Shown here piece by piece: positions 18,239 to 28,557 of a stretch of 64,000 bases of DNA (position 1 is its first letter; each line of letters starts with the position of its first letter). The DNA is taken from the NCBI GenBank assembly GCA_965216645.1, contig CBDCGJ010000068.1:2626-66625 (forward strand). The letters are read 5' to 3'. This DNA comes from Alphaproteobacteria bacterium (lineage in GTDB: Bacteria; Pseudomonadota; Alphaproteobacteria; GCA-2731375). Below the pieces are notes generated by a model. The model did no database searches. It had not been told where the DNA came from and worked only from the letters and a program-made list of their open reading frames with translations. The position numbers and the translations under genes are program-made.

Positions 18239-20059
18239 ATGTCTCAATTTCTACGCACAGCCCTGTTTCCAATCTTTTTGATACTTCTGGCTCATTTTCT
18301 GACGCAGGTCCGCACAGACTGGCCTGTCGCGGATGGAATGTTGGTTGGAACGGATTCGTACACCCGCATGACCCGGGTCATCGAACTCACCGATGGGGAA
18401 GGTTGGTACGACCGGACTATTGCGCGTAGCAATGCGCCCCACGGCGACGAACTACATTGGACGCGTCCCTTGGATGTACTGATCGTGGTCGGCGCCATAC
18501 CATTTGCGGCGGTGTTGGAGTGGCGGGACGCGCTTTTTTATTCGGGCGCGTTCGTCAGCCCAATCCTTCACTTGGCCACGCTCTTCGTCTTGCTTTGGGC
18601 TTGCGCCCCGGTGTTTCCCGCCTACGGCCGCGTCTATGTCGGCATCATCTTCGCTGCTCAGTTTTTCGTGTCGCATCAGTTCGCACTCGGTCGACCCGAT
18701 CACCATGGTCTGCTGGCTCTGTTATTGACCGGCATGACCGGATGCATGCTGCGATTGCTGAAGCCTGGCGCGCCCCTACGGTTAAGCGTTGCCGCTGCTG
18801 TCATGGGCGGTGTCGGCATATGGGTCGGGGTGGAAGGCCTGTTCGCCGCCGGCCTCGTGATGGCCATGCTCTGGCTAGCCTGGATATGGCGGGGCGAAGC
18901 GTTCGTACGGCATGGCTGCTGTTATGCGGCGACTTTGGTATTGACGGTCGGTGTGGCGTTGATTCTTGAATATCCACCGTCGCAATGGCCTGTGCCGCGA
19001 TACGACAGCATTTCGCTCGTCCATTTCTATCTGCTAGCGCTCACCGCCGTATTCTGGTTTCTCGTCATGGCGTTGCCGAAAACGTCCACGCGGCAAGATC
19101 GCATATTGATCACGATCGCCTTCGCTGTCGCATACATGACATTGTTCTGGCTCGCATTTCCTAAGTTCTTCGCCGGACCTCTTGTCGATATGAATGAGCG
19201 GGTCTATCGGGAATGGTTCCTGAACAACCAAGAAATCCAGGGGCTAGTTAATTACCTTCGTGTCGGCCAGGCGACGCATATCGTCATTCTACACTTCGGC
19301 ACGGCGATCATTGGCGGCCTCTACCTAATCCATATCATACGCACCAGCCGCGATGAGGAACGCTGGCGTTGGGTCTTTTTGACCCTCGGTTTCGCACTTT
19401 GTTTCGCGTTGAGCTTGGGCCAAATCAGATGGACAGGGCATTTACAGCTGTTCGCCGTATATCCGGTTGTCGGATTGATATTGAGTTTGTTAGACGCCGT
19501 GACACGACGGACAACCGGTATATGGACCCCTGTGGCACGTGCTTTCACGGTCTTAGCGGTCACGATCGGTCCGCCTCTCCTGGGTATGCTGTTCCTTGCC
19601 GACGGTCCTACCGCCAACGGAAAACCCGGCACCGGCGGGGCGCAGGTTGCCCAATGCCGATCCAAAGACCTCGCCGGATTTTTGAATGAAAACTTCCAGG
19701 ATGGCCCGGCTCTGACCGTAATGACCTACAATGGATTCGGCCCCGAACTCATTTACCGCACGCGACATAAGGTTGTGACGACGCCCTATCACCGAAATGC
19801 GGCCGGCATTCTCGACGGTTTCGATTTCATGCGTGGTAACGACCTTGCGGCGGTGCGAAGGATCGCCGCGCGGAGATCCATCGATTTGGTAGCAATCTGT
19901 CCTGGTCATGGCGAGGCTGGAATCTACCAAAGACCGCAGGACGGTGACTCTTTTCACAAGAACCTAGCTGACGGACAGATTCCAAATTGGCTCGAACGAG
20001 TAGATACGTCAGGGAGCCAAGCCCGCGCTTTCCAGCTTTTCCGCGTCCTTCGCCAATGA
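18239..20059 (+). CDS. Polytopic membrane protein, putative GT-C (STT3/AglB-like) glycosyltransferase, copy 1
   Basis: About 13 hydrophobic segments, GTDSYTR, LHWTRPLD, RPDHHG, NQE, C-terminal soluble domain with PYHRN. Confidence 0.7.
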   Translation: MSQFLRTALFPIFLILLAHFLTQVRTDWPVADGMLVGTDSYTRMTRVIELTDGEGWYDRTIARSNAPHGDELHWTRPLDVLIVVGAIPFAAVLEWRDALFYSGAFVSPILHLATLFVLLWACAPVFPAYGRVYVGIIFAAQFFVSHQFALGRPDHHGLLALLLTGMTGCMLRLLKPGAPLRLSVAAAVMGGVGIWVGVEGLFAAGLVMAMLWLAWIWRGEAFVRHGCCYAATLVLTVGVALILEYPPSQWPVPRYDSISLVHFYLLALTAVFWFLVMALPKTSTRQDRILITIAFAVAYMTLFWLAFPKFFAGPLVDMNERVYREWFLNNQEIQGLVNYLRVGQATHIVILHFGTAIIGGLYLIHIIRTSRDEERWRWVFLTLGFALCFALSLGQIRWTGHLQLFAVYPVVGLILSLLDAVTRRTTGIWTPVARAFTVLAVTIGPPLLGMLFLADGPTANGKPGTGGAQVAQCRSKDLAGFLNENFQDGPALTVMTYNGFGPELIYRTRHKVVTTPYHRNAAGILDGFDFMRGNDLAAVRRIAARRSIDLVAICPGHGEAGIYQRPQDGDSFHKNLADGQIPNWLERVDTSGSQARAFQLFRVLRQ

Positions 20060-21840
20060 CCGGCGAAGGGCCACGCCCATTCGTTCAGTTCGCCGTTCCG
20101 GCACTGCTTCTGCTCGCATTGCACGGGGTCAATGCCGGATTCGGCGGCTTCCTTGAAGATGGACGAAAACTGATCGGCCCAGACGCCTATATGCGCATGG
20201 TTCGGGCGGAGGAGTTGTTCTACGGGGCGCCTTGGTGGGATTCCTACTCGCCACGGTCCGACGAGACGTTGCATTGGAGCCGTGCGCTGGACAGCGTCAT
20301 ATTGCTGCTGACACAACTTTTTCGTCTCTTTCTATCTGACCGCCAGGCTTTGTATTTCGCCGGCCTGTTCGTCAGTCCGATTTTACATCTTGGTGTTCTG
20401 GCCGCTCTGCTTTGGGCGGTAGCGCCGATCTTGAACAAAGCCGCCCGTATGGTGGTCGGGATCGTGTTTGCGTTCCAACTTACCATCGCCACTTATTTAG
20501 CCGTCGGACGGCCAGACCATCATGGCCTCATCTTACTGTTTTGGTGCCTTTGCCTCGGCAGCCTATTCCGCCTGCTCCGCCCCGCAAGCGGTCGATGGGT
20601 GGCCGTCGACGCCGGTCTGTTCGCGTCGCTGGCTCTTTGGGTGAGTATCGAGGGTTTATTCGCCGTCGCGCTCCTATACGGAGCTTTGGGCTTGGCATGG
20701 CTGCTATCGGATGAGGACAATACGGACAGAATTGCGATTTTCGGTGTCGTTTTGGCAATCTGTGCCGGGATCGCCATCGCGCTGGAGCATGCGCCAACAA
20801 ATTGGTGGTTGGTGCAGTATGACAAGATCTCCATTGCCCAGCTTGCACCTCTCTGGTTTGCCGCCATGGGTTGGGTGCTGATCGCGTTTCTTGGGCGACC
20901 CAATGGATTCGCGGCAAAGCTCTTTTTGGTCTCAATCGGCATAAGCGTCGTCTTTGCGCTGAGCTACTATTTCTATCCGAAACTTTTGTCCGGACCGTTG
21001 GCCGACGTACATCCCAGAGTCGTCAACGAATGGTTGGCAAACAATGCCGAGGTCGGCGCCCTAATCAACTGGCGTAATACCGACACGATCAGCCCGGTCG
21101 CGGTGACTTATGCTCTGCAGTTGGTTGTCGCCCTGCCCGTTGCCTTAACCATGGCGTTAAGATCGACAATCGAAAATCGTGCTTGTTGGTGGACCGTTAC
21201 CATTTTGATCGCGGCCGTCGCGGTTCTGACGCTGCAGGAAAAACGATGGGGTACTTATCTGCAACTCCTCACCTGCATACCTTTCGGCTTTGCCTTATAC
21301 AGCTGCCTCGGATTTGCGGGCAGATGGTCGTTACCGCTTCGCGTCCCCGCCCGTATTCTCACGATGATCGCGTTTTTATTTTGTCCCATGCTTATCGGCC
21401 TAGCATTCCATGTCAAACCAGAGCAAACGGCGAGTTCGGGGCATTGCGACATGCGGACCTTAGCCGTCCAATTACACGACTTCGACAAGCCGCAGACTAT
21501 TCTAGCGTCGAACTTTCGCGGCCCGGAACTGCTTTACCGCACCCAACATTCAGTGGTGGCAACGCCTTATCATCGCAATGCCGCCGGAATTTTGGCTGTG
21601 TTCGATGTGATGCGGGCAACCGACATGACGCATGCGCGTGCGATTTTGGTCAAGCAGGGTGTTGACCTAATACTGATTTGCCCTTTGGACGGCGAAAACA
21701 AGACCTATCGCGGAGACAAGGGGCGCACATTTTTTGACAGGCTAGAAAAAGGCGCGCTGCCGGCCTGGCTCAAGGAATGGCCGCTCAACCTTGATGAGGA
21801 CAGTAAATTCCGGCTTTTCCAAGTCCGCCCATCGACATAG
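20056..21840 (+). CDS. Polytopic membrane protein, putative GT-C (STT3/AglB-like) glycosyltransferase, copy 2
   Basis: ATGA overlap with copy 1; GPDAYMR, LHWSRALD, RPDHHG, NAE, GPELLYRT, PYHRN. Confidence 0.7.
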   Translation: MTGEGPRPFVQFAVPALLLLALHGVNAGFGGFLEDGRKLIGPDAYMRMVRAEELFYGAPWWDSYSPRSDETLHWSRALDSVILLLTQLFRLFLSDRQALYFAGLFVSPILHLGVLAALLWAVAPILNKAARMVVGIVFAFQLTIATYLAVGRPDHHGLILLFWCLCLGSLFRLLRPASGRWVAVDAGLFASLALWVSIEGLFAVALLYGALGLAWLLSDEDNTDRIAIFGVVLAICAGIAIALEHAPTNWWLVQYDKISIAQLAPLWFAAMGWVLIAFLGRPNGFAAKLFLVSIGISVVFALSYYFYPKLLSGPLADVHPRVVNEWLANNAEVGALINWRNTDTISPVAVTYALQLVVALPVALTMALRSTIENRACWWTVTILIAAVAVLTLQEKRWGTYLQLLTCIPFGFALYSCLGFAGRWSLPLRVPARILTMIAFLFCPMLIGLAFHVKPEQTASSGHCDMRTLAVQLHDFDKPQTILASNFRGPELLYRTQHSVVATPYHRNAAGILAVFDVMRATDMTHARAILVKQGVDLILICPLDGENKTYRGDKGRTFFDRLEKGALPAWLKEWPLNLDEDSKFRLFQVRPST

Positions 21841-21872
21841 TCTGCCGGTAATTTCATGGCGGAGAAGATTCT

Positions 21873-22781
21873 ATGACAGACATAAACACAATCGGGTTTA
21901 TCGGCTTGGGCGTAATGGGGGAACCCATGTGCGGGCATCTCGCACGCAAAAGCGGCCGACCCGTCTTAGGCGCGGATCTCAATCCGGCGCCGCTGGCACG
22001 CCTCGCGGAAGACGGACTGGAAGCCAGCGACGTCGAAACCATCGCCCGTTCCGCCGACATCGTCTTCCTATCCCTTCCCGACGGCGGAGCGCTCGAGCAA
22101 GTTTGCCGCGGTGAGGACGGCCTGCTCACTCATATGAGAAGCGGTACGACGGTGGTCGATACGACGACGGCGCCGGTCGACTTGACGCGAGAGCTCGCCG
22201 CCGAGTTCGAGGCCAAGAACATCGATTACGCCGATGCGCCGATCGCCCGGACCAGGCAGGCCGCTCGCGACGGAAAACTCAGTGTGATGGTCGGCGCGAG
22301 ATCCGACGTGTTCGAACGCATTCGTCCCTTAATCGCCCATTACGCCACCGACATCACGCATTGTGGCGAGATTGGCTGTGGGCAAGTCGTCAAGCTGATG
22401 AACAACATGGTACTGGTCGAAACCGTGAACGCATTGGCCGAAGCTCTAACCATCGCACGCCGCGCCGGTGTCGACAGCGAGACACTGTTCGAGACCCTAG
22501 CCAAAGGGTCGGCCGACAGCTTTGCCTTACGAAATCACGGTATGAAGGCGATGTTACCAGGCGTCTTTCCGAAACGCGCCTTTCCCGCCACCTATATGCG
22601 CAAAGATCTCGGTTACGCCCGCGACCTCGCCCGGCAGTACGGCATAGACACCAAAGGTGCCGACGCGGCTGACGCTTTGTTGCGACAAGCCATCGAAGCC
22701 GATGTCGGGGAAGGATATTTCCCCGTCTTGCTTTCGGTTATTGACAGCGAATTGAAGCCGGACCTGCCCGACGGCGATTAG
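21873..22781 (+). CDS. 3-hydroxyisobutyrate dehydrogenase-family oxidoreductase
   Basis: GFIGLGVMG, DAPI, KLMNN, KDL. Confidence 0.88.
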   Translation: MTDINTIGFIGLGVMGEPMCGHLARKSGRPVLGADLNPAPLARLAEDGLEASDVETIARSADIVFLSLPDGGALEQVCRGEDGLLTHMRSGTTVVDTTTAPVDLTRELAAEFEAKNIDYADAPIARTRQAARDGKLSVMVGARSDVFERIRPLIAHYATDITHCGEIGCGQVVKLMNNMVLVETVNALAEALTIARRAGVDSETLFETLAKGSADSFALRNHGMKAMLPGVFPKRAFPATYMRKDLGYARDLARQYGIDTKGADAADALLRQAIEADVGEGYFPVLLSVIDSELKPDLPDGD

Positions 22782-22855
22782 GTTTGACCGCATCCCGCAT
22801 CCATCGCACAATCCGGCCAAATCTACTCAACCGTTTTTGAAAGGGAGACGTGATT

Positions 22856-23938
22856 ATGAAGGCAGCCGTATTGCGCGAGGTGGGTAAACCGCTGGAAATT
22901 GAAGATGTCGAGATTTCGAAGCCGGGGCCGCGCGAGGTCCTGATCCGCACGGCGGCTGTCGGCGTCTGCCACAGCGATCTGCATTTCATCGAGGGCAAGT
23001 ATCCCTATCCGCTGCCATCTGTCCTTGGTCATGAATCGTCCGGCATCGTCGAACAAGTCGGCAGCGATGTCCGGGGCTTCGAACCTGGGGACCACGTCAT
23101 CACCTGCCTGTCCGCTTTTTGCGGCCATTGCGAACATTGTCTGTCCGGGCATATGTCGCTTTGCGACAATCCGGAGACGAGCCGCGATCCGGAAGGCCCA
23201 CCGCGTCTGCATAAAGGGGATGAGCGGATCAACCAGTTCATCAATCTTTCTTCTTTTGCCGAGCAAATGCTGATCCACGAACACGCCTTGGTGAAAGTCC
23301 GCAAAGACATGCCGCTGGTTCAGGCCGCGCTAATTGGTTGCGGCGTGACCACCGGTGTCGGCGCCGTCCACAACACGGCCAGAATCGAAGTCGGCAGCAC
23401 GGTCGCCGTAATCGGCTGCGGCGGCGTTGGCTTGTCCTGCATCAATGGCGCCGCGATCGCCGGCGCCAGCCGCATCATCGCCGTCGACACCGTGGGATCC
23501 AAGCTCAATCTGGCGAAGGAATTCGGCGCGACGGACGTGGTCGATGCTTCCGACGGCAATGCCGCCAAGCAAGTGCTCGCCTTGACCAATGGCGGTGTCC
23601 ATTATTCATTCGAAGCCATCGGTCTGGCGAAAACGGCGGAAGATGCCTTCAAGATGCTGAAACGCGGCGGTACCGCGACGATTATCGGCATGGTCCCCGT
23701 CGGCGAAATGATCCAAATTCATGGCGCCGCCCTGCTGCCGGAGCGCAAGATCCAAGGCTGCGCAATGGGCTCCAACCGCTTCCCGGTGGACATGCCGCGG
23801 TATGTCGACTTCTACCTGCAAGGCAAATTGAAACTCGACGAATTGGTGAGCCAGGAGATCGAACTGAGCCAAATCAATGACGCTTTCGAGGAGATGAAAA
23901 AAGGCGCTATCGCCCGCAGCGTCATTACCTTCAACTAA
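22856..23938 (+). CDS. Zn-dependent alcohol dehydrogenase (class III-like)
   Basis: CHSD, GHE, CGHCEHC...C, GCGGVG. Confidence 0.9.
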   Translation: MKAAVLREVGKPLEIEDVEISKPGPREVLIRTAAVGVCHSDLHFIEGKYPYPLPSVLGHESSGIVEQVGSDVRGFEPGDHVITCLSAFCGHCEHCLSGHMSLCDNPETSRDPEGPPRLHKGDERINQFINLSSFAEQMLIHEHALVKVRKDMPLVQAALIGCGVTTGVGAVHNTARIEVGSTVAVIGCGGVGLSCINGAAIAGASRIIAVDTVGSKLNLAKEFGATDVVDASDGNAAKQVLALTNGGVHYSFEAIGLAKTAEDAFKMLKRGGTATIIGMVPVGEMIQIHGAALLPERKIQGCAMGSNRFPVDMPRYVDFYLQGKLKLDELVSQEIELSQINDAFEEMKKGAIARSVITFN

Positions 23939-23953
23939 CCGACTGAAGCGGCG

Positions 23954-24724
23954 TCAGCTCGCCATCCAACCGCCATCGACCATCAGATTCTCGCCGGTGA
24001 TGTACGTTGCTTCATCGCTGGCGAGAAACAGGGCGGCGTTGGCGACGTCGTCGGGACGGCCGAGGCGCGGGTAAGGCGTGCGCGCGCGGGAGTAAGCCAG
24101 GATTTCCGGCGATGCCGCCGGACCGCCCTTCCCGGTCTCGATCTTGCCGGGCGCGACCGCGTTGCAGACAATGCCATCCTTCGCATAGTCGGCAGCAATT
24201 TGGCGGGTCATGTAAACGACACCGGCCTTGCCCACACCATAGGCCAGATCGTTCGGCGCGCGGACCATGCCATGTTGAGAGGACAAATTGACGATGCGGC
24301 CGCGCGTGTCGCCAACAAGCGGCTGGGTCAACATCTGCTGCACCGCCCGCTTGCAGCCGAAGAACACGCCCTTGATGTTGACGGCCATGACCCGATCCCA
24401 TTCTTCCTCACTGGTCTCCAGCAGGGGTTTACCGACACCGATCGCGGCATTGTTGACCATGACGTCGAGCTTACCGAACCGCTCGACAGATTGCGTAACC
24501 AGTCGGTCCATTTGGCCCCAATCGGTTATGTCCGTCGGCAAATTCAGCGCACTGCCGCCGGCCTCTCGAATGACATCGATCGTGGGAAGACCGCCTTCGC
24601 GCGGCACCTCGCGGACATCTGCCAGTACGACATGCGCCCCTTCCCCGGCGAAACGTCGGGCGATGGCCCGCCCGATCCCAGAAGCCGCGCCGGTAACGAT
24701 TGCAACTTTCCCCTTAAGGCGCAT
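23954..24724 (-). CDS. Short-chain dehydrogenase/reductase
   Basis: TGAASGIG, NNAA, YGVGK, VDGG. Confidence 0.9.
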   Translation of the reverse strand: MRLKGKVAIVTGAASGIGRAIARRFAGEGAHVVLADVREVPREGGLPTIDVIREAGGSALNLPTDITDWGQMDRLVTQSVERFGKLDVMVNNAAIGVGKPLLETSEEEWDRVMAVNIKGVFFGCKRAVQQMLTQPLVGDTRGRIVNLSSQHGMVRAPNDLAYGVGKAGVVYMTRQIAADYAKDGIVCNAVAPGKIETGKGGPAASPEILAYSRARTPYPRLGRPDDVANAALFLASDEATYITGENLMVDGGWMAS

Positions 24725-24791
24725 CTAGCGCTCCCTTGTCCGCGTGATAAGATTTGACCGATTGAACATAAAGGATTGGAGAACGAAAGCC

Positions 24792-25577
24792 ATGAGCGAT
24801 CTGCTGGAAACCGTCGACAATGGTGTCGCCACACTGACGATGAACCGTCCTGAGCGACGCAACGCCATGTCGGCGGAGATGATGACCGGCCTCGCCGAGG
24901 CCCTGCCGCGATTGGCCGAAGACCCGGATGTCGGTGTCATCATCTTGACCGGTGCCGGCCCAGCATTCTGCGCCGGTGGCGATGTCAAAGCGATGGCGGC
25001 CAGTACAGGCGAACAGACTTTGGAACAACGCGCAAGCCGTCTCCGCAAGGGTATGGAAGTTTCCCGCTGGCTCCACGAAATGCCGAAGCCGACGATCGCG
25101 ATGATGCGCGGGGCGGCGGCCGGCGCCGGCCTGTCGATGGCGCTGGCCTGCGATATGCGGTTCGCCGCCGAAGGAACGAAAATCACCAGCGCCTTCATCA
25201 ATGTCGGCTTTTCCGGCGATTATGGCGGCAGTTATTTTCTGACGAAATTGGTGGGCACGGCGAAGGCGCGGGAGCTCTATTTTTCAGGCGACATCATTTT
25301 GGCGGAGGAAGCCGAACGGATCGGCCTGATCAACCGCGTGTATGCGGACGACGAACTCGAGCAAGCCACCCAAACATTCGCACAGAAAATGGCCTCAGGC
25401 CCGCGGATCGCGCTCGGCTATATGAAGAAGAACATGAACGCGGCGGAAGTCGGCTCACTGGCGCAATGTTTCGACCTTGAAGCCATGCACCATTCGCGCT
25501 GCGGCATGACCGAAGATCACAAAGAGGCCACGAAAGCCTTTGTCGAAAAGAGAAAGCCGGTGTTCCACTCGCGGTGA
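24792..25577 (+). CDS. Enoyl-CoA hydratase/isomerase (crotonase family)
   Basis: NRPERRNA, FCAGGD, AAGAG, AFVEKRKP. Confidence 0.9.
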   Translation: MSDLLETVDNGVATLTMNRPERRNAMSAEMMTGLAEALPRLAEDPDVGVIILTGAGPAFCAGGDVKAMAASTGEQTLEQRASRLRKGMEVSRWLHEMPKPTIAMMRGAAAGAGLSMALACDMRFAAEGTKITSAFINVGFSGDYGGSYFLTKLVGTAKARELYFSGDIILAEEAERIGLINRVYADDELEQATQTFAQKMASGPRIALGYMKKNMNAAEVGSLAQCFDLEAMHHSRCGMTEDHKEATKAFVEKRKPVFHSR

Positions 25578-25590
25578 AACACCGGCTTTC
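25552..25590. terminator. Stem-loop spanning the crotonase stop codon, between convergent genes
   Basis: GAAAGCCGGTGTT (25552-25564) / AACACCGGCTTTC (25578-25590), a 13-bp perfect inverted repeat. Confidence 0.6.
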
Positions 25591-25623
25591 GTAACCAAAA
25601 CCTACAAGTTCAAGTTCGTCCGA

Positions 25624-26307
25624 CTAGGTCAGCGGAATGAGCTTGATTTCGACACGGCGGTTCTGCGCCTTGCCTTCACGCGTCTTGTTTGATGCGATCG
25701 GTTGCGTTTCGCCAAATCCCTTGGCCGCAACCCGCTCTTTCTGCACGCAGCCGCCGACCAAGAGGTAAGCGACCGATTCCGCGCGGCGGATCGACAGGTC
25801 CATATTGTGTTCGGCGGAGCCGTCCGAATCCGTGTGCCCCAGCACGTCGACATAGGTCTGCTGATACTTGGTCAGAACTTCGGCAATGTCTTCCACGATC
25901 GGATAGAAATCGGGCTTCACGTCGGCCTTGTTGACATCGAATGTCACGGTACTCGGCATGTTGAGGATCAGGCTGTCACCGTCCCGGGTCACCTTGACGT
26001 CGGTGTTCTTCAGGCTCGCCCTCAGATCTTCTTCCTGCTTGTCCATGTAAAGACCGACACCGCCGCCGGCCAAGGCACCGACACCGGCGCCGATCAGCGC
26101 GCCTTTACGACCGCCAATCACGGCGCCGCCCACGGCGCCGATCACCGCGCCGCTGATTGCGCCGATCGCTGTCCGGTTCGGCTCTTCCTTGACCACCGGC
26201 TTACAGGTTTGCGGATCGACCTCCGCAGTTTCAACCTTCCGCGTGCAACCGGCAACTAGAAGGGAAGACGCGCATACGACGATCGCGACTTGTTTAAAAA
26301 TCGGCAT
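25624..26307 (-). CDS. OmpA-family lipoprotein with glycine zipper (YiaD-like)
   Basis: Lipobox VAGC, Gly-zipper, YMDKQE, GHTDSDG, LSIRRA, NRRVE. Confidence 0.92.
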   Translation of the reverse strand: MPIFKQVAIVVCASSLLVAGCTRKVETAEVDPQTCKPVVKEEPNRTAIGAISGAVIGAVGGAVIGGRKGALIGAGVGALAGGGVGLYMDKQEEDLRASLKNTDVKVTRDGDSLILNMPSTVTFDVNKADVKPDFYPIVEDIAEVLTKYQQTYVDVLGHTDSDGSAEHNMDLSIRRAESVAYLLVGGCVQKERVAAKGFGETQPIASNKTREGKAQNRRVEIKLIPLT

Positions 26308-26430
26308 AACAATCAGCCTCCATCAATACCTAAACAGTAACGCCCCGCCCGCAGTATCGATAATTTGCCGTGGCAAGGCCAGACAAAATTCGTTGCTCAA
26401 GGTTAACGGCTATGGTGAAATTTCCCGGAT

Positions 26431-27279
26431 ATGTCCAGCTTCAAGATTACGCAGATTTCCGACACCCATCTCAGCCGCCGCCGCCCCTATTTCGTTAAGA
26501 ATTGGCAGGCGGCGGAACGGCATATCAACGAGACGAAGCCAGATCTCGTCATCCATACCGGAGACGTTTCGCTTGATGGCGCAGGCTTTTCCGACGATAT
26601 GGCCTATAGTTTGGACTGTATGCAAAGCCTAGGGGTACCTTGGCTAATCCTGCCGGGCAATCACGATATGGGCGAGGCGCCATGCGGGTCCAGTCAAGCG
26701 GATGTGCAACCCGCCGATGACGCGCGCCGCCGCCTTTGGCTCGACACCTTTGGCCCAGATTATTGGAAAGAGGCGTTCCAGGGCTGGCGGTTGATCGGAA
26801 TGAACACGCAATTGTTCGATACTGGGCTCGAGGAGGAAGAGAATCAGTGGCGCTTCCTCGACGACGCCTTGGCAGAAGGCAATGGGCAACGCACGTTGCT
26901 GTTCCTACACAAACCCTTTTATCTTCCAGGCTTTAAAGACGAAAATTCTCCGCGCCGATATCTTCAAGGCCGGGCGAGCAGACGATTATTCGAAAGCCTT
27001 GAAGACCAACCGATTCGTCTCATGGCGAGCGGTCACGTCCATCAAGCTTTGGATATGAAGCTTGGCGATATGGCCATCGTCTGGGCACCGACCACTGCCT
27101 TCGTTCTAAACGACGAACTACAACCGCCTGTCGGTGAAAAATTCTGCGGGATTGTCGAATATGTCATTTCCGGCGACGACATCGCCGTTGAATTCGTCAC
27201 GCCCGAAGGCATGGAGACCCACGACATGCTCGACTATGCGGACATGTACAAAGAACTGAGAGCCGCCAGCAAGAAATAG
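26431..27279 (+). CDS. Calcineurin-like metallophosphoesterase
   Basis: SDTH, TGD, PGNHD, HKP, GHVH. Confidence 0.9.
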   Translation: MSSFKITQISDTHLSRRRPYFVKNWQAAERHINETKPDLVIHTGDVSLDGAGFSDDMAYSLDCMQSLGVPWLILPGNHDMGEAPCGSSQADVQPADDARRRLWLDTFGPDYWKEAFQGWRLIGMNTQLFDTGLEEEENQWRFLDDALAEGNGQRTLLFLHKPFYLPGFKDENSPRRYLQGRASRRLFESLEDQPIRLMASGHVHQALDMKLGDMAIVWAPTTAFVLNDELQPPVGEKFCGIVEYVISGDDIAVEFVTPEGMETHDMLDYADMYKELRAASKK

Positions 27280-27393
27280 GCGTTTGGTTTGTCTAGTTTA
27301 GGCCTGCCACAATTTTGCCTTATCCCCGTCTCGCTTTGGCCGCGACGACCATTTAGCGTCGAAAATACGGAAACAGAATAGGGGGAGGTCGCC

Positions 27394-27645
27394 ATGATCC
27401 AACGGCTCCAATCGAATCTCGGCGAATTGCGTTACCGAGGCTTCATCGCGACGCGCGGCGATACGCGTTTGTTCGGACAGATGCTCGCCGGTTTGCTGGT
27501 GCTATGGATTTTTTTCGCGTTGGCACTCGCTCCGAAGACCATGCACTTGTCGCAAGGTGAAGAGCAGATCGAAGTCGGCGCACCCTTCACCGTCTTCGTC
27601 TCTTGCTCTCGCCATGAGGAAAAATCTCGGCCGCTCGATATTTAG
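27394..27645 (+). CDS. Small hypothetical membrane protein (83 aa)
   Basis: Strong GGGAGG RBS, one hydrophobic helix, fills an intergenic gap. Confidence 0.55.
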   Translation: MIQRLQSNLGELRYRGFIATRGDTRLFGQMLAGLLVLWIFFALALAPKTMHLSQGEEQIEVGAPFTVFVSCSRHEEKSRPLDI

Positions 27646-28454
27646 GCCGATTTCTGCTTACCGGGATAGCTCACCTCCATGCCGCCCGCGGGGTCGTTCT
27701 GCGTCCCATAGGGCGGTATCGGATAGCGTAAGCCGACTTTCGACAGACCCACCATGCCTTCCATGCCGCGGACGAATTCCTTCGGCGGCATCGCCAGGAG
27801 CATCTCGTCATCCGCGACCCCGCCATAGCGCCGCTCGGCATAGCAGGGTATGGAAATCGACGTTTCCTTGGTCGCCAAGGCCCGCCCCCAGGAATCGGAG
27901 CACGCGCTTTCGCCGGTGATCGTCATGTCATAGCGCTTGTAACGCTTCCACTGCAGGCCATTGACGAACAGAATGGTCTGCGCCGGATTGGCGTAGAACA
28001 ACACGATATCCGGCGGATCGAGCCGGCCGGTCCGAAGCGGCGACACGCAGACGCCGGAAAATTTCGGCTCGACCCTGGTCATATGGGTTTGATGCGCTTT
28101 TGAGGCGCGGCGATTTTCGAACCAAACGCCGTCCATATGTTTGCCGTTCAAGAAATCGGCGCTCGGTTTGTTGAGGCCGACAATGCCGCCGCAATTGCTG
28201 TTCATACGGGTGTTTTCGTGGACGATGCCCAACGTGAATCCGGCGGATCGCGCCTGGCCCACTAACTGGCACATGGTGAAATGGCAGCCGTCTCTGGGTG
28301 TGCGGATGCCGGGAACTTCCATCATCTTCTTGGCGTTCTTGAAGAGCTTCATACCGATCGGGATGGTTCGGATACGCAACATCTGGATCAATTGTTCCGA
28401 GAGCGCGGCGAGATTCTCCGCGCTGGTGTCATAGCCCGATTTTTTCTGGCTCAT
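27642..28454 (-). CDS. DUF169-family protein
   Basis: [29 protein letters not shown]; AAGGAGG RBS before MSQKK. Confidence 0.75.
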   Translation of the reverse strand: MSQKKSGYDTSAENLAALSEQLIQMLRIRTIPIGMKLFKNAKKMMEVPGIRTPRDGCHFTMCQLVGQARSAGFTLGIVHENTRMNSNCGGIVGLNKPSADFLNGKHMDGVWFENRRASKAHQTHMTRVEPKFSGVCVSPLRTGRLDPPDIVLFYANPAQTILFVNGLQWKRYKRYDMTITGESACSDSWGRALATKETSISIPCYAERRYGGVADDEMLLAMPPKEFVRGMEGMVGLSKVGLRYPIPPYGTQNDPAGGMEVSYPGKQKSA

Positions 28455-28557
28455 CGCCAATTCCTCCTTAAATGAAATATCGGCTATTATTCGCCCGCCG
28501 GGGGCCAATCCGCAATCCCGCCGGGACAACAAAGCGACAATCCGATACGTTGAGGCC

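Noticed and set aside
26060-26170. Repetitive GCC-rich tract
   Set aside because: Encodes the glycine zipper of the OmpA lipoprotein; not an independent repeat
28455-28557. LexA (SOS) box upstream of uvrB
   Set aside because: No GTTC-N7-GTTC or GAAC-N7-GAAC alphaproteobacterial motif found by eye
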